DNA of 64,000 nt from Catajapyx aquilonaris (Eukaryota), in NCBI GenBank assembly GCA_000934665.2, contig JYFJ02000541.1:1-64000 (forward strand), read 5' to 3'. The notes beneath the pieces are model-generated. The model searched no databases. It was not told the origin of the DNA and was given only the letters and a program-made list of their open reading frames with translations. Of the stretch, positions 44,586 to 59,100 are shown one piece after another. Made by a program: the position numbers and the translations under genes. Within the stretch, counting starts at the first letter, position 1. Each line of letters starts with the position of its first letter.

Positions 44586-47500
44586 TAGCAATCAACTTAT
44601 TAGAGCCTTACGAGGGCCACTTCCTCTGAACAAACCTTGAACATTTTAACTGATCTTCAACCGTACATAAAACCTGACCGAAAGTGCACTGATAACAGCT
44701 TTATGATCAAGATGCATTCCTCCCGAGGTCTTGAAGCCAGTTGGAGGAACACCCCCACACTGGGTTACATATCTGGGTAGCTTTTATTGCTGTGATTTTC
44801 GAAAGGATACACTGGACCTAGCAGACCACATAATTAAAGCCCGTCTCGATTAGGACTAGACAGGAAGAGAGAAAAGAAAATATTGTGCAGGTAAGAAGAG
44901 TGGGAATACAAAATGCGAGTTCAATGCCTGAATCAGACACGATCCTGCAATCATAAGGGGACTTGGATGTTCGAGGGAAACAGGATCACGAAGAATATAT
45001 TAATCTGCTTCCGGTATCTGTGTTTTTTTGTCATGTTCTTCTGTTATGACTTGATTGAAGTGTGGGTTAGTGAACTTCGGAGGGGGTAAAGGTTTTATCA
45101 TGCCATGAGTAGATCTGGATCATCGAAGGTCACGCTCCTTTTTATGGTTGGAAAATGGCTTATTATAGCTCAGTTATAGACTATAGTTTTTATCTCCCAC
45201 ATATGCGGCTAATTAAATAACGTGCAAGAATTACAAACGTGCGAATAAACGTCTCTTTCAGCCTAAAAGGTCATTAATCTCAATTTCACATACGGCCTCC
45301 ACATTGCTGGAGGCTTGTAGCGTTAAAAAAAAAAGGTCCATCCTCGATATACCAATTTGGGCAACGCGGCCATGTACCAGCACACTGACCCTTTAAAAAA
45401 CGAAGGGACGAAGCATTGGCGACGTGTTAGTATTTTGGTGGCAAAGGTTCGTCGCGCATCTTGAGGCCGTTTTCCAAAGTTCATTGTTCCTGCTTGTAAC
45501 AGCGAGAGAAGAGAGAATTAAAGATTGAGGAAAGGATGCTTTTTTTGTTTTTGTTTTTGGTATTTATGTTTTTTGTGAACCGAAGTTGGGACTCTTTTCG
45601 GGGCATTGTGTTTGCCTTTGAATGGGCATAGCCGCGGGATTTCGTCGTGACTCGACCAAACTGCATGATTATCTATCCCTCCCACTGTTAAGTTCCTTTT
45701 CGGATTTTTGTTTTCTTCTGGGGATTCCTACAGCAGGTTTCCGGAGCCATGCTTATTACCTAGAAATTGGTTTTGCTATTTGTCCATCAACTAGCCACTC
45801 GTGACTAGCACGTTTTGGTTTTGCCATCCCGGCCCAAAGCATTCATTTTCAGGTGTTTTTTTTGTGTGTGNGGGGGGGAACCAGCCTGAGGTGGATACGA
45901 GTAACGTATATAGCAATTTTGAGTCGAAGACGTCACATGTTTTTGTTTTTTTTAAAGATGTGGAGTTTTTTTTTAAATGTCATTTTACGATTACTACTAC
46001 TTTATGGGAACATGTTATTCCCCGAGTTAGTGAATGAACTATTACAAGCCTATAGATAATGTTAGTGTTGGAACCATTATGAGACACCCTTTGCCTTTTT
46101 TTTAACTTGCCGAGTGACCAAGCCTGCATTTTCGCCACGAGTGGACCTGGTAATTGCGAATCGCTGAGCCCAGGCAATATATCCTTTGATTGCGGAGCGT
46201 GAAACGACCCCTTTGATTCTAGTGTTCCAATGAGTAGGTGAGTAGGTAGTCTTTGTAATGGGAGAAGAACTAAATGCCTAGTTAGGAAGTCAGTGGGATG
46301 CTGGTTTGCAGAAGCCGATTGGAGAATGGAAGTGTCAAAGCGTGTCGGGGAGGGACGTGAAGCTCCAGTGGGCCCGGTACCCTTTTGTGTGTGTCCTTGC
46401 CGAGGCTACTGCATGGAAGGCTCCCCCAAAAACTGCTTGGGTTGGGTCAGTGGCAGCAATGAACTTTTCAGTATGGCTGGCATGCGAAAACGTGGTAAGG
46501 ACCCCCAGCCGGACTTGTTCTGTGGCCTAAAAACCACAATTTCCGAGTTAGAGACCCTTTCCTGACCTGCGAGGAAGTTTGACTTTTTTGGCTGTTTTTT
46601 GGACGTGTCCGGGAAATGGCTTCATCCTGCGTTCGGAGGGGGGTGTAAATTGAAGAGAAAAATGTTTGTGGCCAAGTGACGCAAGTACGTGGCACTGCAG
46701 GCTCAGTGAAGCAGACTCATGGAGAAGTTGCAATAATGTGAGCCATATCTTACTAAAGATGGAAATATGTCAAGTGCATTTTTAACAAAATGAAGTTATG
46801 ACCAATTGAGTCAAAAATTCGTGCTACTCCTATAGGTGCAATTAGTAACAGATTAATCAGCGATGCTCTAATTTACTAGTGAAAGGTTTATGTTTATTTG
46901 GACCTGTACAATTTTAATTTACGACACCAAATACCTGCACATTTGCTATCTAAATAATTAAGTTCTTGCTAGTTGCTACAGCCAGCACCTAATTGTTGAA
47001 TCCGTCAATTTACAAAGCTGTAAACTTCGCTCCGAAAATCAGTAAAAGGCAACTGATAGCCTGTTACAGCATTTTTCGGCCTTCTAAAAGGAATTTTCAA
47101 ACATGTAGTGAGAAGGGTGTATTCAGTGTATAAAATGCTCAGAAATCTGGTCTAGCCGGCTACTCCAGTGCAGTGTAGGAATATGCATAAGGAAGAGTGA
47201 AACAAACACTGTGAGCGCCTGGACATGTGATAGGCCACACATCACAACACACAACATATATGGTCGTGTTACTGTCGCATGGAGGTAACGGGAGATTAGG
47301 AATTGGGTTGGATTTCTTTTAGCGGCAGGGGCTCCACCCTGTTGATGGACAGAGCAGGATGCAGTCGGACAAGTTAAGACTTTTGTGCTCACCCTATCCC
47401 CCATCTCCCTTGATGATGTCTGTGCGGTACTCCTGTTGAATATCAAGGGGGGTGTTCCCAAGAGGTGTCCTCTATGATTGCGTTTTCTTGTTGAGGGAGA

Positions 47501-50500
47501 GTGTAAGTTACACGAATTTATTACCTGCTGACATATAGAGTGCAATACGACGTTGTTATCTGCGGATATGTTTCCACTTATTTCTCCATTTGTTGACCGC
47601 TAGAATAGTGAGGTTGGTTGATTGCAGTTCCGCATCATATTTGATTTTTATGGGTGTGATGTGCGCGGAGATATCAACTACAAGTTAGTTTCCATTTAAT
47701 ATACCATTATTGTTTATTGCATTGCTTGCCTAGGGGTAATGCCTGGTTATTATCTGAAACATTAGTGCCGTCACGAAGTGAACGAAATGTAATAACTCGG
47801 TGGAAAAATGTTTACTTTGTATGTACTGCAACCGAGGATTAGCGGAACTTTTTAAAAAAAAGGACCGTAAGAATATTGAAATAGAACGAAAACTGCACTT
47901 GTGTTCTTGAGCCAGCAGTACCTACTGCCCACGCTGTAACATACGTATTAAAAAATGCATCTCAAGCTCATTTGTTAGTCTAGTGTATTACATGTGCGTC
48001 TCTCCGACCATTCAACGCTCACTCACACTTTGTAATTATTTAGGGTTTACAAATAATTTTTGTAGCGTCCCCAATGATGCCTTTGTGACCAGAGATGTGC
48101 AGTTTGGACTTAGTAAAATGGATGCAATAAAGGCTGTCAAGAATCTTCTACGTGATTCATCACCCTGTGCCGACGGTTTCATCGTATAGGCGATTTGCTA
48201 TCAAAATTGCCAATTAACGCGTTCATTAGAGGCCAGTGATGAAACAAAACCATGACAGGTGTCTTCCCTATCCAACACTCTAGTGCCGACTGCCTCGGGA
48301 CAATTCCTCGATTGTTTGGTAGGAAACCACGTACACCATCCTTATGTTGTGGGTGGCTCCAATCATGCACGGAATCTCCCCTGATTATCATAAGAGCAGA
48401 CCCCTATCTGGACCCGATTGGTTTAGTGTCTGTTCAAATGACCCCCATCCTTTTCCACCCTCCAGAAACGTCCTTCGGGGCTTCCTTCCCCAGAAGACGA
48501 ATTAAAGCCGTCATCGTTTTATTGGACCTGTTCCTTCCATCTGGAATTTTGCGAAAGAGAATTAATTGCAGTGGCAGTGGCCGATTTCATGGTAGGCGTC
48601 TATTGGTGTCCTCCATGGAGGGAATTCCAGCACCAGTGGCGATAATGCTTGGAGGATGCGTTGATAATAAGGGAGGGTTCAACGTGCGAAAGCGAAAGGT
48701 ATTTCTGTCGGAAAGTTCAACGCGCGAAGTGGTCCCTTATCCTTTTGCTGGTTGATTCTTCGGTTTGTTCCGCCCTCTTATTGCGGCTGCCGTGCGGTTC
48801 CGACCAATCATGCGCCTATGTGAGGAGATGGTCCAAAAACGGACGTGGATGAAAGGCCGTTTGCCTGCTGGTGTGTCTGGTACTATAGAAGGTACATCGG
48901 ACCCTATCACCCAACATCTATACGTACACATATGGGATCATCAGCAACATTTATATACGCTCATATTATGCATAATTGCTCTATAGGGTCATTTACATGT
49001 CTTGATCTTGATTGGGTGTAGATCGCTATTGGGTTTCTCATTAATGACGTGTTACCAATCCAGAGACACTGCATAGTTGACAATCTGATTGAATCTTATG
49101 CGACAACTCCATTTTGACATGTAATCAGATAAACAGCTGTTTGTTGGTCACACTGCTTACCAACATAACAGTGGACCGGGTGTAGACCGGTTCTAATTTC
49201 CTCGTGGTTCTGTAAATGATTGAGGGCAACAGCAGTGTAAAATTTACAATGAAATTTGGCGACATTACAGTACTTTAAAACACATAGCCAGAGAATGCAA
49301 TAAATAAATTATGGTTGGAAAATAACGCCTTTCGTTATAATACTGGACTTTGATAATTTAGCAAATATTGACCCATATATATACTGCAGGGTGACCTCTA
49401 CGCAGAAAGGTTGATCGAATCCTACACTATTGGAACTCTGGGTGTTCCAGCGATAAATTGAGTAATTAAGTGCCCAAATCGTGCAGCGGTTTTTTCCGCG
49501 AGCTTATTCACATAACTGCGGGTATCCCATGTCATAATAATCATATCTGGTTCACTTATAAGTCACAGTTACAAAATAATTATGGTTTGAGTTATACCTA
49601 CAAGAACCGGGCTATTCGATCGGTATGCAGATACGTTTGTCGATTGGGATAGCAACACTGAATCTTCGTGTAATTTAGCGCAATCAATATGGCGAAAAAA
49701 TGGGGTTCGGGTTACGGGACACCCATGTTCGGAACTTTTTGCATGTCAGTAATGTAATTGAGGTTATTTCCATTAGCTAAGCAATGTTGACTTATCAGTT
49801 TTTTTTATGTCGCCTGATTGAATGCATAGCTGTGGTGTGATTGGAAATGATTACACACACAGTCTTAAGCACCCAGCTGATTGGGAGTAAAGTTAAGCCA
49901 CAAGTTACCGACGCGCGTCTTAGATAATCTCATTCGGACTACGCCAGAAATCCACTAGGATGGCGCCAGTAAACCCGTTCTGGTGAAACGCGATAGCGAA
50001 GATCCGCGGAGGGGGGTATGTCAGAGGCATCTTGATTACAGTAGTTTCCGTAGCTTCTCACCCAAGATATATGGCGGCAAAATACCATGGTGTAGCACTG
50101 GTTTGTTTGTTTTCCAGCCACACTTTACATCTGCAAATAGATACCGGACGATTGTGATCGCAGGGTGGTGGTAAGGTAGTAAGTTTTTCATGATCGCCAG
50201 GCTCGAACTAAGGCGCGCGATTTATGTGGGAATGGCGTGTCCCAGGTGTGTGTCCAATTGTTGGGCTAGAATATGGGCATCCTCTACTGTCGACTCCTAT
50301 ACTGAACCACGTATAGGGCTACACTCAGATTCTCCACAAATCCTGAGTAAATTCACGCCAATGCATGATATCCAATATGAATGTCATTTTGCAGTTCATC
50401 CTTGTAACACTGTAAGTTATGCCTCTGTGATTGTGTGGGGGTGCGCAGATGTACATATTTTATGTGCGTATGCGCATTGCGTGAATGTGCGCAGATAGAG

Positions 50501-53500
50501 CATGTTCAGGGTTGCGCACGTGCCCGGGTCACCAGGAGTTCTTGTACGGTGTCATCACCTTGACCGTTTTTCGTGTTTTACGACGTGTTTGTCCCGACTT
50601 GACATCTCACTCCAGACATTTCCTAGTTTACGGACCTCCTTTTTACGAGTCTGCCGGTCCGAACCGGTACGTGTCCCGATGTCTATCTGTACGTGATTGA
50701 AGCTCAGGGACACTCTCTTGGGTCCCGTGCCCGCAACATTTAACGCCTTTTTAGGTAGGAGGATACCAGCAATTAACTCCAGGAGGGGCCATGGCCACGT
50801 TTGTTTGCTCCTCATCTCCCTGGACACTTCATTACCCCCACCGAAATTGGCGGCATGATTGGCCCAGTACGACCTTCTGGATGACTCCTCAGATCTCATT
50901 CTGTAGGATGAGGAATTATCCTAGGGATCACTCTTAGGTTCAGTGAACCAGGCACGGAAGTTTGAGAAGAGAGTGGAGAGATGGGAGTTGGTGATAATGA
51001 AAATTGAAGCAGTCCATTCTTTCCTGGAGTCATCAAATGGGGGAAACGTGCCGGGAGATGTGTCGGGATTCCCCTGCCAGGGGATCGCATACATTCCCAC
51101 GTGGATGCAGATGAAGAGATCGGGTACCTATAGGACCAATCACCATGGGCAGTGGCGGAACTAAACGGGGAATTCCCCCTCTGGATGCCTTGATTGAGTG
51201 GCGGTTGCGCTCGAGCGCGCTAAGCAGTGCTGGGGCTTGCAGTAGTTGCAGGGGTGATTACTTCAGGAGAACTATTAATTCAAATAACAAGTTGGTTCCT
51301 CCGACGCAAATTGCGTCCCCGGGCAGGCGGTCCGGGGCGGATTTCTCTTTTCATCCACGGTGCTGCTCTTCACGCCAGTGACCGATTCAGAAGTGGAAGA
51401 ACGTGACCATTGCATCCTTGAGGGTTATTAAAGATGCAACGGCAGTCATTATCGGGAGGAATTAATGTGGCTGCGGGGGCTACGGCTAATTCCTAATCAA
51501 GAGGCTTTATTTCATGGGTAGATTGATGCTACCTAGTGACATCCAAACCTTGATTGGACCATCGCCTGCAAATATAAATCAGAAGGGGGCATTCCTTTGA
51601 TTTATAAGTGGTAGTCTACTTCTGATGTGCGGATGGGGGTTGGCAGATTGAGATGCCGAAGTATTGATGGTGTCAATGATGATGGGGTGTGGTGTGTTGG
51701 ACTGACAGCTGGCATTTGCAGGCCATCAATTTGGGCTGTCAGAATAACCAGTATTGATTGTGAGTTAATAGAGCGTTTGGTAGTCCTGATGAGAGGGTGC
51801 AAACGCCGGGAATTGGCGTTGCACAGTAGGACTGGAGCATGCACAGTTGTTTCCGACTGTGGTACTTTTCAGTGGGGCTTACCGTCGGCCTATTTCTGCC
51901 GCAAGGCTCAACACCGACGCCAGGGAGTGGTCCTCCTCCAGGAAATTTGGCCTCTCTGGGGATCTTTAAAATGTGTTTATCATCAAATATGACCCATTAG
52001 TATTTTTAGCAGCATATAAAAGTGCCTGCAGACTACTGGTGCGAAAACCCAACTAACGAACTGAAAGTGACACCTCAATTGGAATTCACCATGTATGAGG
52101 TCTATGGTGTTATTCGCACTAAAAGACACTTAATATTTACTCTGGAGAGAGGGATACAGGACTTTTTGCTCACGTCACCATCATAAATGAAGTGGGTTAG
52201 ACTTGTTATATTTGCTGCACATGCGAATAATTCACGGAGTAACTGCTTTACGGAATCCAGCAGGCCCAGGAGGATACCAAACGTATAATTTCATACATAC
52301 TTTCGCTAGGAACATGCTGCGCTGACATAAGGCATAGCAGACAGGGCACCCGCAAAAATAATTGAATCTTGCACTCTGAGACATGTCTGGCTGCGAGCGA
52401 CGTTAACTTATGCTGTTACTTGTCACAGAAGTATGTTGCATGTGGGCTAGTGTGCTAAAACCTGTTACAAGCGCGGAAGACTGCGGCTCCTTTTGTATTT
52501 TACAAAAATGCCGTGAGTTATCGCACCTAGGAACTTGCCTGTAAATAATATTGTTTTTCATCTTCACTTTAGTTAGACCTCTGTAACATTTTAATATTTC
52601 ACCGTTAATTACTGAATGAAGTGAGTTCCTGAGAGCGAGTGGGTATTTTGCATGATGTGAGTTTTTTTGTGTGGGAGAAGTTAACTGATACTTTCCTCTA
52701 CAATGAAGATGAATGGATGAACGTATGATTGATGCACGGAAGTGCAATAGGCAATTTTCAGCCGGCTTACCTTTAATTAAGCAAAAAAAGGGCACGTTCA
52801 GAGATGGATCGCATTAAAAAGTTGCTAATAAAGTAGAAAACTACATGCCAGGTTTATATGCAGAGTGCAGTGTTTCTGTTTGGCCTGCCCATTCTGAAGG
52901 AAAAAACAAAAGGTAATTGGCCCGTTGATATCCTCTGGTGTCATGAATCCTGCTGTTGCGTGCGAAGGTATTGGCACTGTGTCCACGGCTTATTTCGTTA
53001 ATACCACAACATTTTTATTTATTATAATATCTTAGTATTGTTTATTATTATAATGAGGTTCCACCGACGAAAATTTTTCAGCCTGCAGCAAATTATTACA
53101 CGATCATTAAAAGTGCCACCTACGCGATTTTTATAACTAATGAATAGAGTACACTGCCCTCTTCCGATCCCAGTCATTCCTCACGCATAATGACGCTAAC
53201 AATTATTCGGAAGTGAAATTCAATAATGTGTAATTAAGAGATATCTGCATGTGGCAGGCAAAATGGCAGGTTATGTTCATTACATGGTGTTATTTGCATT
53301 GTGCTGGTAAGGAAGGAATGAGACGGGGAGGTATACGGACGATGGGCGGAGATTTTGCAAGCTGACCTTACATATCATTCACATCGTCTTCTCGAAACTT
53401 CCGGCAAGAAAAGGCCGGTCTGAGATGAACGCGATGAAAGAACATGCCACGTGATGATGTATAGCCCAGACTGGTACAGTTTATCAACATTAATAACGGA

Positions 53501-56194
53501 GAGTGAGACATGACCGGTAATCCAGTAGCTCTAAAAGTGCGACACATTTTTCATTTTGGACGCTGCCTCTGGAATTAGAGCTACAGTTTGCTGATTGGTC
53601 GGAAGCAATGCCTGAATTATTGTTAGGTGCAACATTGTGCTGAGAGCGTAATTCAAAGATCGCCTATTAGAATATTGAGTGGACTGTCATGGACCAAGGT
53701 AAACAAAGGCACATTTTAAACAAATGTAAATAAAGCTCGAGGGGGTTCACACCACGTTTGGCTTTCCATTTCCACCTGCACCGATGCGGAACAAGATGGG
53801 AGAGGTCAGGAAGTGCCCAACACAAGGTGTGTCACCTTAGGGAAGGAACCAACCCAAAAAAAAAAAAAATCCAAATCTTTTCCGTTAGCCCCCCCCCNCC
53901 CCCCCCCCCTTACATTTCCACGAAAGTGAACAATTTTAATAACAGAAAAAAATAGTAAAGGCGTTGGCCGGTCATTGGTACAGAAAGGATGTAACGCATA
54001 ATCAAGAGACACGTGTTACTCGGCGCATGACAATCCATACACACAAGGGACCGGGGTGGTCTTAACCCTTTTTCTCTCAATTGTCGTTCCCTCTTTTTTA
54101 TATATATAACTTCTTGCATATCTCTTTTTTGGGCGAACAACAAAACGGTGTCATTGCCCCGCTTTGTTGGGCGCATTTATTCCGCATGGTTGCAATTCAG
54201 GTGTGCAAGTCACACTCCTGGAGCCCTGCCTTTTTCCAATCCCAGGTTGACAATTGTAGGCTACCGAGACTGCGGTCCATTATGGAGGTCCACGCATCAC
54301 GTAAGCCCCACTCGAGTGTAAAATTATCCTCCCAGCAATTTACACGATAAGAAGCAGATGGTTGTTTATTGCTGCGATGGCCGTGGTAGATGGCGTCGGT
54401 TGGAGGTGAATAAGTTAATGAGTAGTCTGGATAAATATTTTTCTAATCACTTCCATGCGACTCTGGTTTCTTCCTTCCTGAATTCGTGACTGATAAAGGT
54501 ATTGGATATGCGGAGAAAAAAAATGAGGTACGCACTCTTACCTGGTTATCTAGAGTGGCATCGAAGAATTCGGGCGGTTCCTACATGCCCTGGCAGTTTT
54601 TTTATTATTTGGATGTTGTGGGTGGTCTTGTAGGTTGCGTCACACTGATGCTGAAATGGCGATGGAATAAAAGCAAGGTGTACTCAAGAGCATTTTTATT
54701 TTCATAAATAGTAACGAAAATCGAGCTCATGTACAAAAAAATGGGCATTTTAAATCCGAACAACTCCATATTTGACCAGTAGAGCAGCACCAAAGCCAAT
54801 AGCACCTTTTTTTTTTTTGTATCTATCTCACTTACACTACCCCCTTCATTTTTTGATCGTGGGTGTGCGGCTGTTCGGGCCAATTTCTTCTCACATTGAT
54901 CACTACCGTCACGGGATCAGATTCTCACGATGGAGAACACCTTGGTTACGGTTGTGATCAACGAGAGAGTTCCCGTGAACTAATAAAGGAGAGCGATTTG
55001 TCTCTTTCACCGTGCGACCCTACGAGTGTGTGTTTCGGAATTCATTTTGTGAAAAAAAGTGGCGAAATTTATGGCGAGCAGAGCAAGTTTGAATTGCCTA
55101 TAGATGCAGGGCCAAACAGGTAGGGGGCTATTGCAACCGGTTTCAGGGAGTTACGGTGGGAATATTCGATGGAGCAGTAAATATTTCCGCGGGGTCGCGT
55201 GTTTAGAGCCTTGAGTTATTGAGTTAAAAGAAGACCAATTATTTTAGATCATTTGTGCTCTCCCCTCTCAGCATTTCTTCCAGTTAATTCAATTTGATTG
55301 ACCTGATGTGCAAACATTGTCAACCTGCTGAACTAGTCTTGTTGGATGTGGAAACCGCTTCCACGTAATGTATGACGGATCGAAATGACTACCGGGAGAA
55401 AAAAAAAACGAGTCACCCACCACCTAACCACTGAGCAAGTGATCCTTGACCTGATAGGTCAAAGGACCAAACCTCAGTATTTGGATGAGGTCGTTTCTAC
55501 GAATGGGTAGAACACGCTTCATCCAGTGCTTGAAAAGTTCCCCCGTCCAAAAAATTATGGTAGGGGCATCCAAAGGTACAAATGTTGCACTGTGTCCCAA
55601 CCCAAGCCTTAACAGCTAGTAGCTTATAAATTAGGTATTAAATTAAGGCTTAAATAACACTCGTTGCAAACATGCTACAAAAAAGACATTTACACCTGCA
55701 AAAAAAAAAAAACGTCAACTACACGCGCACACATACATTATCACATACAGTTGATTGCATGCTTCACATCTACTCACTTTTGGCCTCACAAAACTTGGAG
55801 TGAAGGCACAACGTGATAGCACTGGCGACGTTAGGAAGCCGATAAGACGGCAACTATATTTGTGCCCTTTGACAATAAGAGTGTCGCACCATGGGCTTAA
55901 TTGTCACGAACCTTCCTTGTGAGTGACCTCATACTGTCGTCAACACAAAACATCGTATGAGCAACATGAAGTGTGGAAACAATGCGACAGTTGTAGGTGC
56001 GACAACGCGACAGACTACCTAAACTGCTTTTGCTACAGCCGATCGTCTTGTTTAGTAACCAACTGTCCCTTTTGGCAAAAAGTGTCTTACTCGTGGCGTT
56101 TGATTCACTGCTGTGGCTCGGAAGAGAATTAAAAACAACGAAAAAAAAACCAATGGAGAGATCCGAGTGGCAGTTTGAAGATTGTGTTTTTCTC

Positions 56195-59100
56195 CTAGAA
56201 GTGCTTGTTGGTGAATCCGGTTGAGAATCGAGAACCGGAGGATGCTTCCAAAGCCTTGCTTCCTTTGAGGCTTCGACGTCGCTGCCAGAAGAAGGCCCAT
56301 GTTGCCAGGATAGCTACCTGTGCGGCAAGGAAAGCAGCTCCTGTGGCGACCAGAACCAAGATGTTGACACACTTGCCACGTCCAGATGCGGTGCTGTGGA
56401 CTTCTTCGGAGCTGTCGGAGTCGTCGTCGTTCCTTCTCTGGTCACGCTGAGAAAGATCAGACGGTTAGAATATGTTCAGTCTAAGGACGATCATTTCATC
56501 TTACCTGCTGTTGGAACTTGAACTTGTCGGATATCTGTATGGATTGGACCACGAGGACTTCTTCGGCGGGAGAGGTGAAGTTGTGGATGGCGTCGGTGTG
56601 TCGTCGGCGACGGCGACCGTACGATGACACTTGGCGCAGGAGACCATTGGGTTCAATCAGGTCGCAGTTGACGGGAGGGCACGACGGGAGGCACGGGGTT
56701 ACCAGGGCACGGAACTGGACAATCTCCGACGTTGGGAACTGAAAATGGACAGTAGCGGTCATTGATTGTCCTGATGAATCACCTACATGAATACGTACCT
56801 TGAAAGCGTCAAAGTTGGCTTCCAGAGACTTGGGTTCTTCTATGGGCTTGTCTAGCACACCCAGGATGCGGTGATCGGTTGGACAGCCGTCGACGTCAAT
56901 CAGGAGGATCTCGCTGTTGTCGACACCGTCCATGGCGACCAGCTCCCGGACGAAGATTTCGTAAGGGCTGTTGCGGTCGGCAATCTCGAACCGGAGGATC
57001 AGTGGGTCACCGACCTGCGTAGTGAACCATTAAGCTGATTGGTGGATCCTGACCCAAAGAGAACGAAAGTTCACTGCCAGCGAAACGTACCTGAGCTGAG
57101 CGAACATCTGAGCGAAGAGCGTCGACAATCTTCATGGCGACATTGGGTGAATCCACCACAGCCTCTTCAGTAAGGGCGCTCTTGACATCTCCTTGGACGT
57201 TCAGGTCGATCTCGTTGTTCACGCTCTTGTTGCTGAGGTCGTACTGGCACGACACTGCCAGGCCCAAGTCAGAGCTAGTGACTATTTGGTCATGGTGCTG
57301 GATGACGATGTCGTTGGCGTACCGGCCCAATCCTTCCCTACGTACTCCGCATTCGATGTCGTTGTAGGCCATGAATAGCTCGAATTCCAGTCCTTGGGCT
57401 ACGTCTTCCACGCAAGAATTAGGACTTCCCTTGGCGTAAACCTTCCCGTTGAAGAGCTTGGAAGTCCTGATCCTGGCTACCATGTCACCAGCTCTGCAGT
57501 CGATGGACACGTTGTAGCATGCGCCGAGTTCGTACGTTGAAGCGTGGGGTAAGGACAGGTATGGCTCGATGATGTGGTTAAGCGTGGCTGTTGAGTGATG
57601 ACTGAGACGACAAACGAGGTTGCTGGTGTCGTTGTAGTCGAAGGAGTGGCATCGGTACGGAGCACGCAGGCACAGCTCGCGACAGTCTTCCAATGTTGCC
57701 ACGTCCTAAAATGGATGCTTATTACAACTGATGATCTCAAAGCATAGAGCAGTTGCTCAGACAACATGGAATTTTGACATGATGACAAGCAATCAGATCA
57801 GTCATTTTTTGTACCTGTGGGTCGTGCGTACCTGCTACCAGCTGCGGTACACTTACAAATGCCCTGCATTAGAAGTGACCATTGTTACGGACAAATAGTT
57901 GCCAAACATCTATTAGTCATTACTATAGCGTCGGCATGCGACAAAGATTACAAAGGTGTCATTGTGGGAGAGTACAGTATAATGAAATGAACTTTTCGTG
58001 GCTTCAAGATGTCTCTCACTCTAAATTGAGCAAATTGGCTTGTAACAGGATCTGTCCACTACAGTAGACTACATGTGGCGCAGCTTACAACATGTGATGT
58101 CGCATACCTGATAAACTGAGTCGACCGTCTTCAGAATGCGACCCTCGAGCTTGTTGAAGTCGCAAAGTCGGACAGGGTCATCCACGCAGTTGCTCTCCAG
58201 GTAATCCGAATTGTTGGCTGGACGGAACGAACGAGAACCAGACACGGTGTGACGGTCCATGTCAGAAATCTCGCACTCGCTGCTGTTCTTGTAGAAATTG
58301 GCGGACCTGATGGGTAGTATAAGGACAATGGGGATCTTATTACTCATTAGTCATTGCTGCCATGAGTGTCCAGCACATAACGAGGAGGCATCGCCCGCGA
58401 TTTCTTTCTCACCTTGTTATTAATTTTTTTCCTCTCCTATTGCACAGTCACGTTCTGTCCTACCTTAAATAATGGGACGCAGTAGCTGGCAAATACAAGA
58501 CCAAAAACCGACCGTGACAATGCGAGGCAACAATGTCTAAGCGGTCATTTGCGACGTAATTTAATTACATGCCCCTGGATGTGCCGTCTCTAATTGGGGC
58601 ATATGTGAAGTAATGAGACACCCAACCTGGCCTGTGGACATTTGGACACATATTTGCCTAGGTTTTTTGGGACATTCCAAGGACGACGGCCGTGACGGTG
58701 ACGCAGGTAAAAGTACATCAGAGATGGCGTGTAATGGAATAATCAGTTAACTTCATGTCCTTCGTGATGGCGGCGGTCGGAATTGTTTAATTTTGCTCCT
58801 TCCTCAACATTGCTCGCTGTCAGGCTCTGTATGTAGATGAACAAAGATCTTCCCACCATTCATCCATCACATGGTGCAAACTCATTCCCGAGTTATTAGC
58901 GTAGGCCACCGCCATATTTCGGCCGGGATTAAGAGCGTGAGGCGTTATAATGAAATCCTAATATCAAGAAGGTTGTAACGGTCACGGACATGTGCCGGTA
59001 CGTTTCCACCGAATATGGGTAAAGGAAACTGACTAACTCCAATATAAGGGTCTGCTTATTGCGGCACTTTGACTGACACGCCTTTGTGTGCTCTGCTGGT

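Noticed and set aside
45371..45470. CCAG|CACACTGACCCTTTA... as the next ATG16 exon (starts with HT)
   Set aside because: It reads HTDPLKNEGTKHW..., not the expected HTLTGHSGKV WD40 sequence; the polypyrimidine tract is weak and a stop follows soon.
45871..53898. Two single N bases (45871 and 53898)
   Set aside because: Both sit at G or C homopolymer runs, so they are sequencing ambiguity rather than biology.
45000..56100. Many 60-170 aa ORFs, e.g. 48252-48755 and 50555-50899
   Set aside because: No domain motifs and no consistent exon chains; interpreted as intron DNA and the 3' UTR or regulatory region of the ZP gene.
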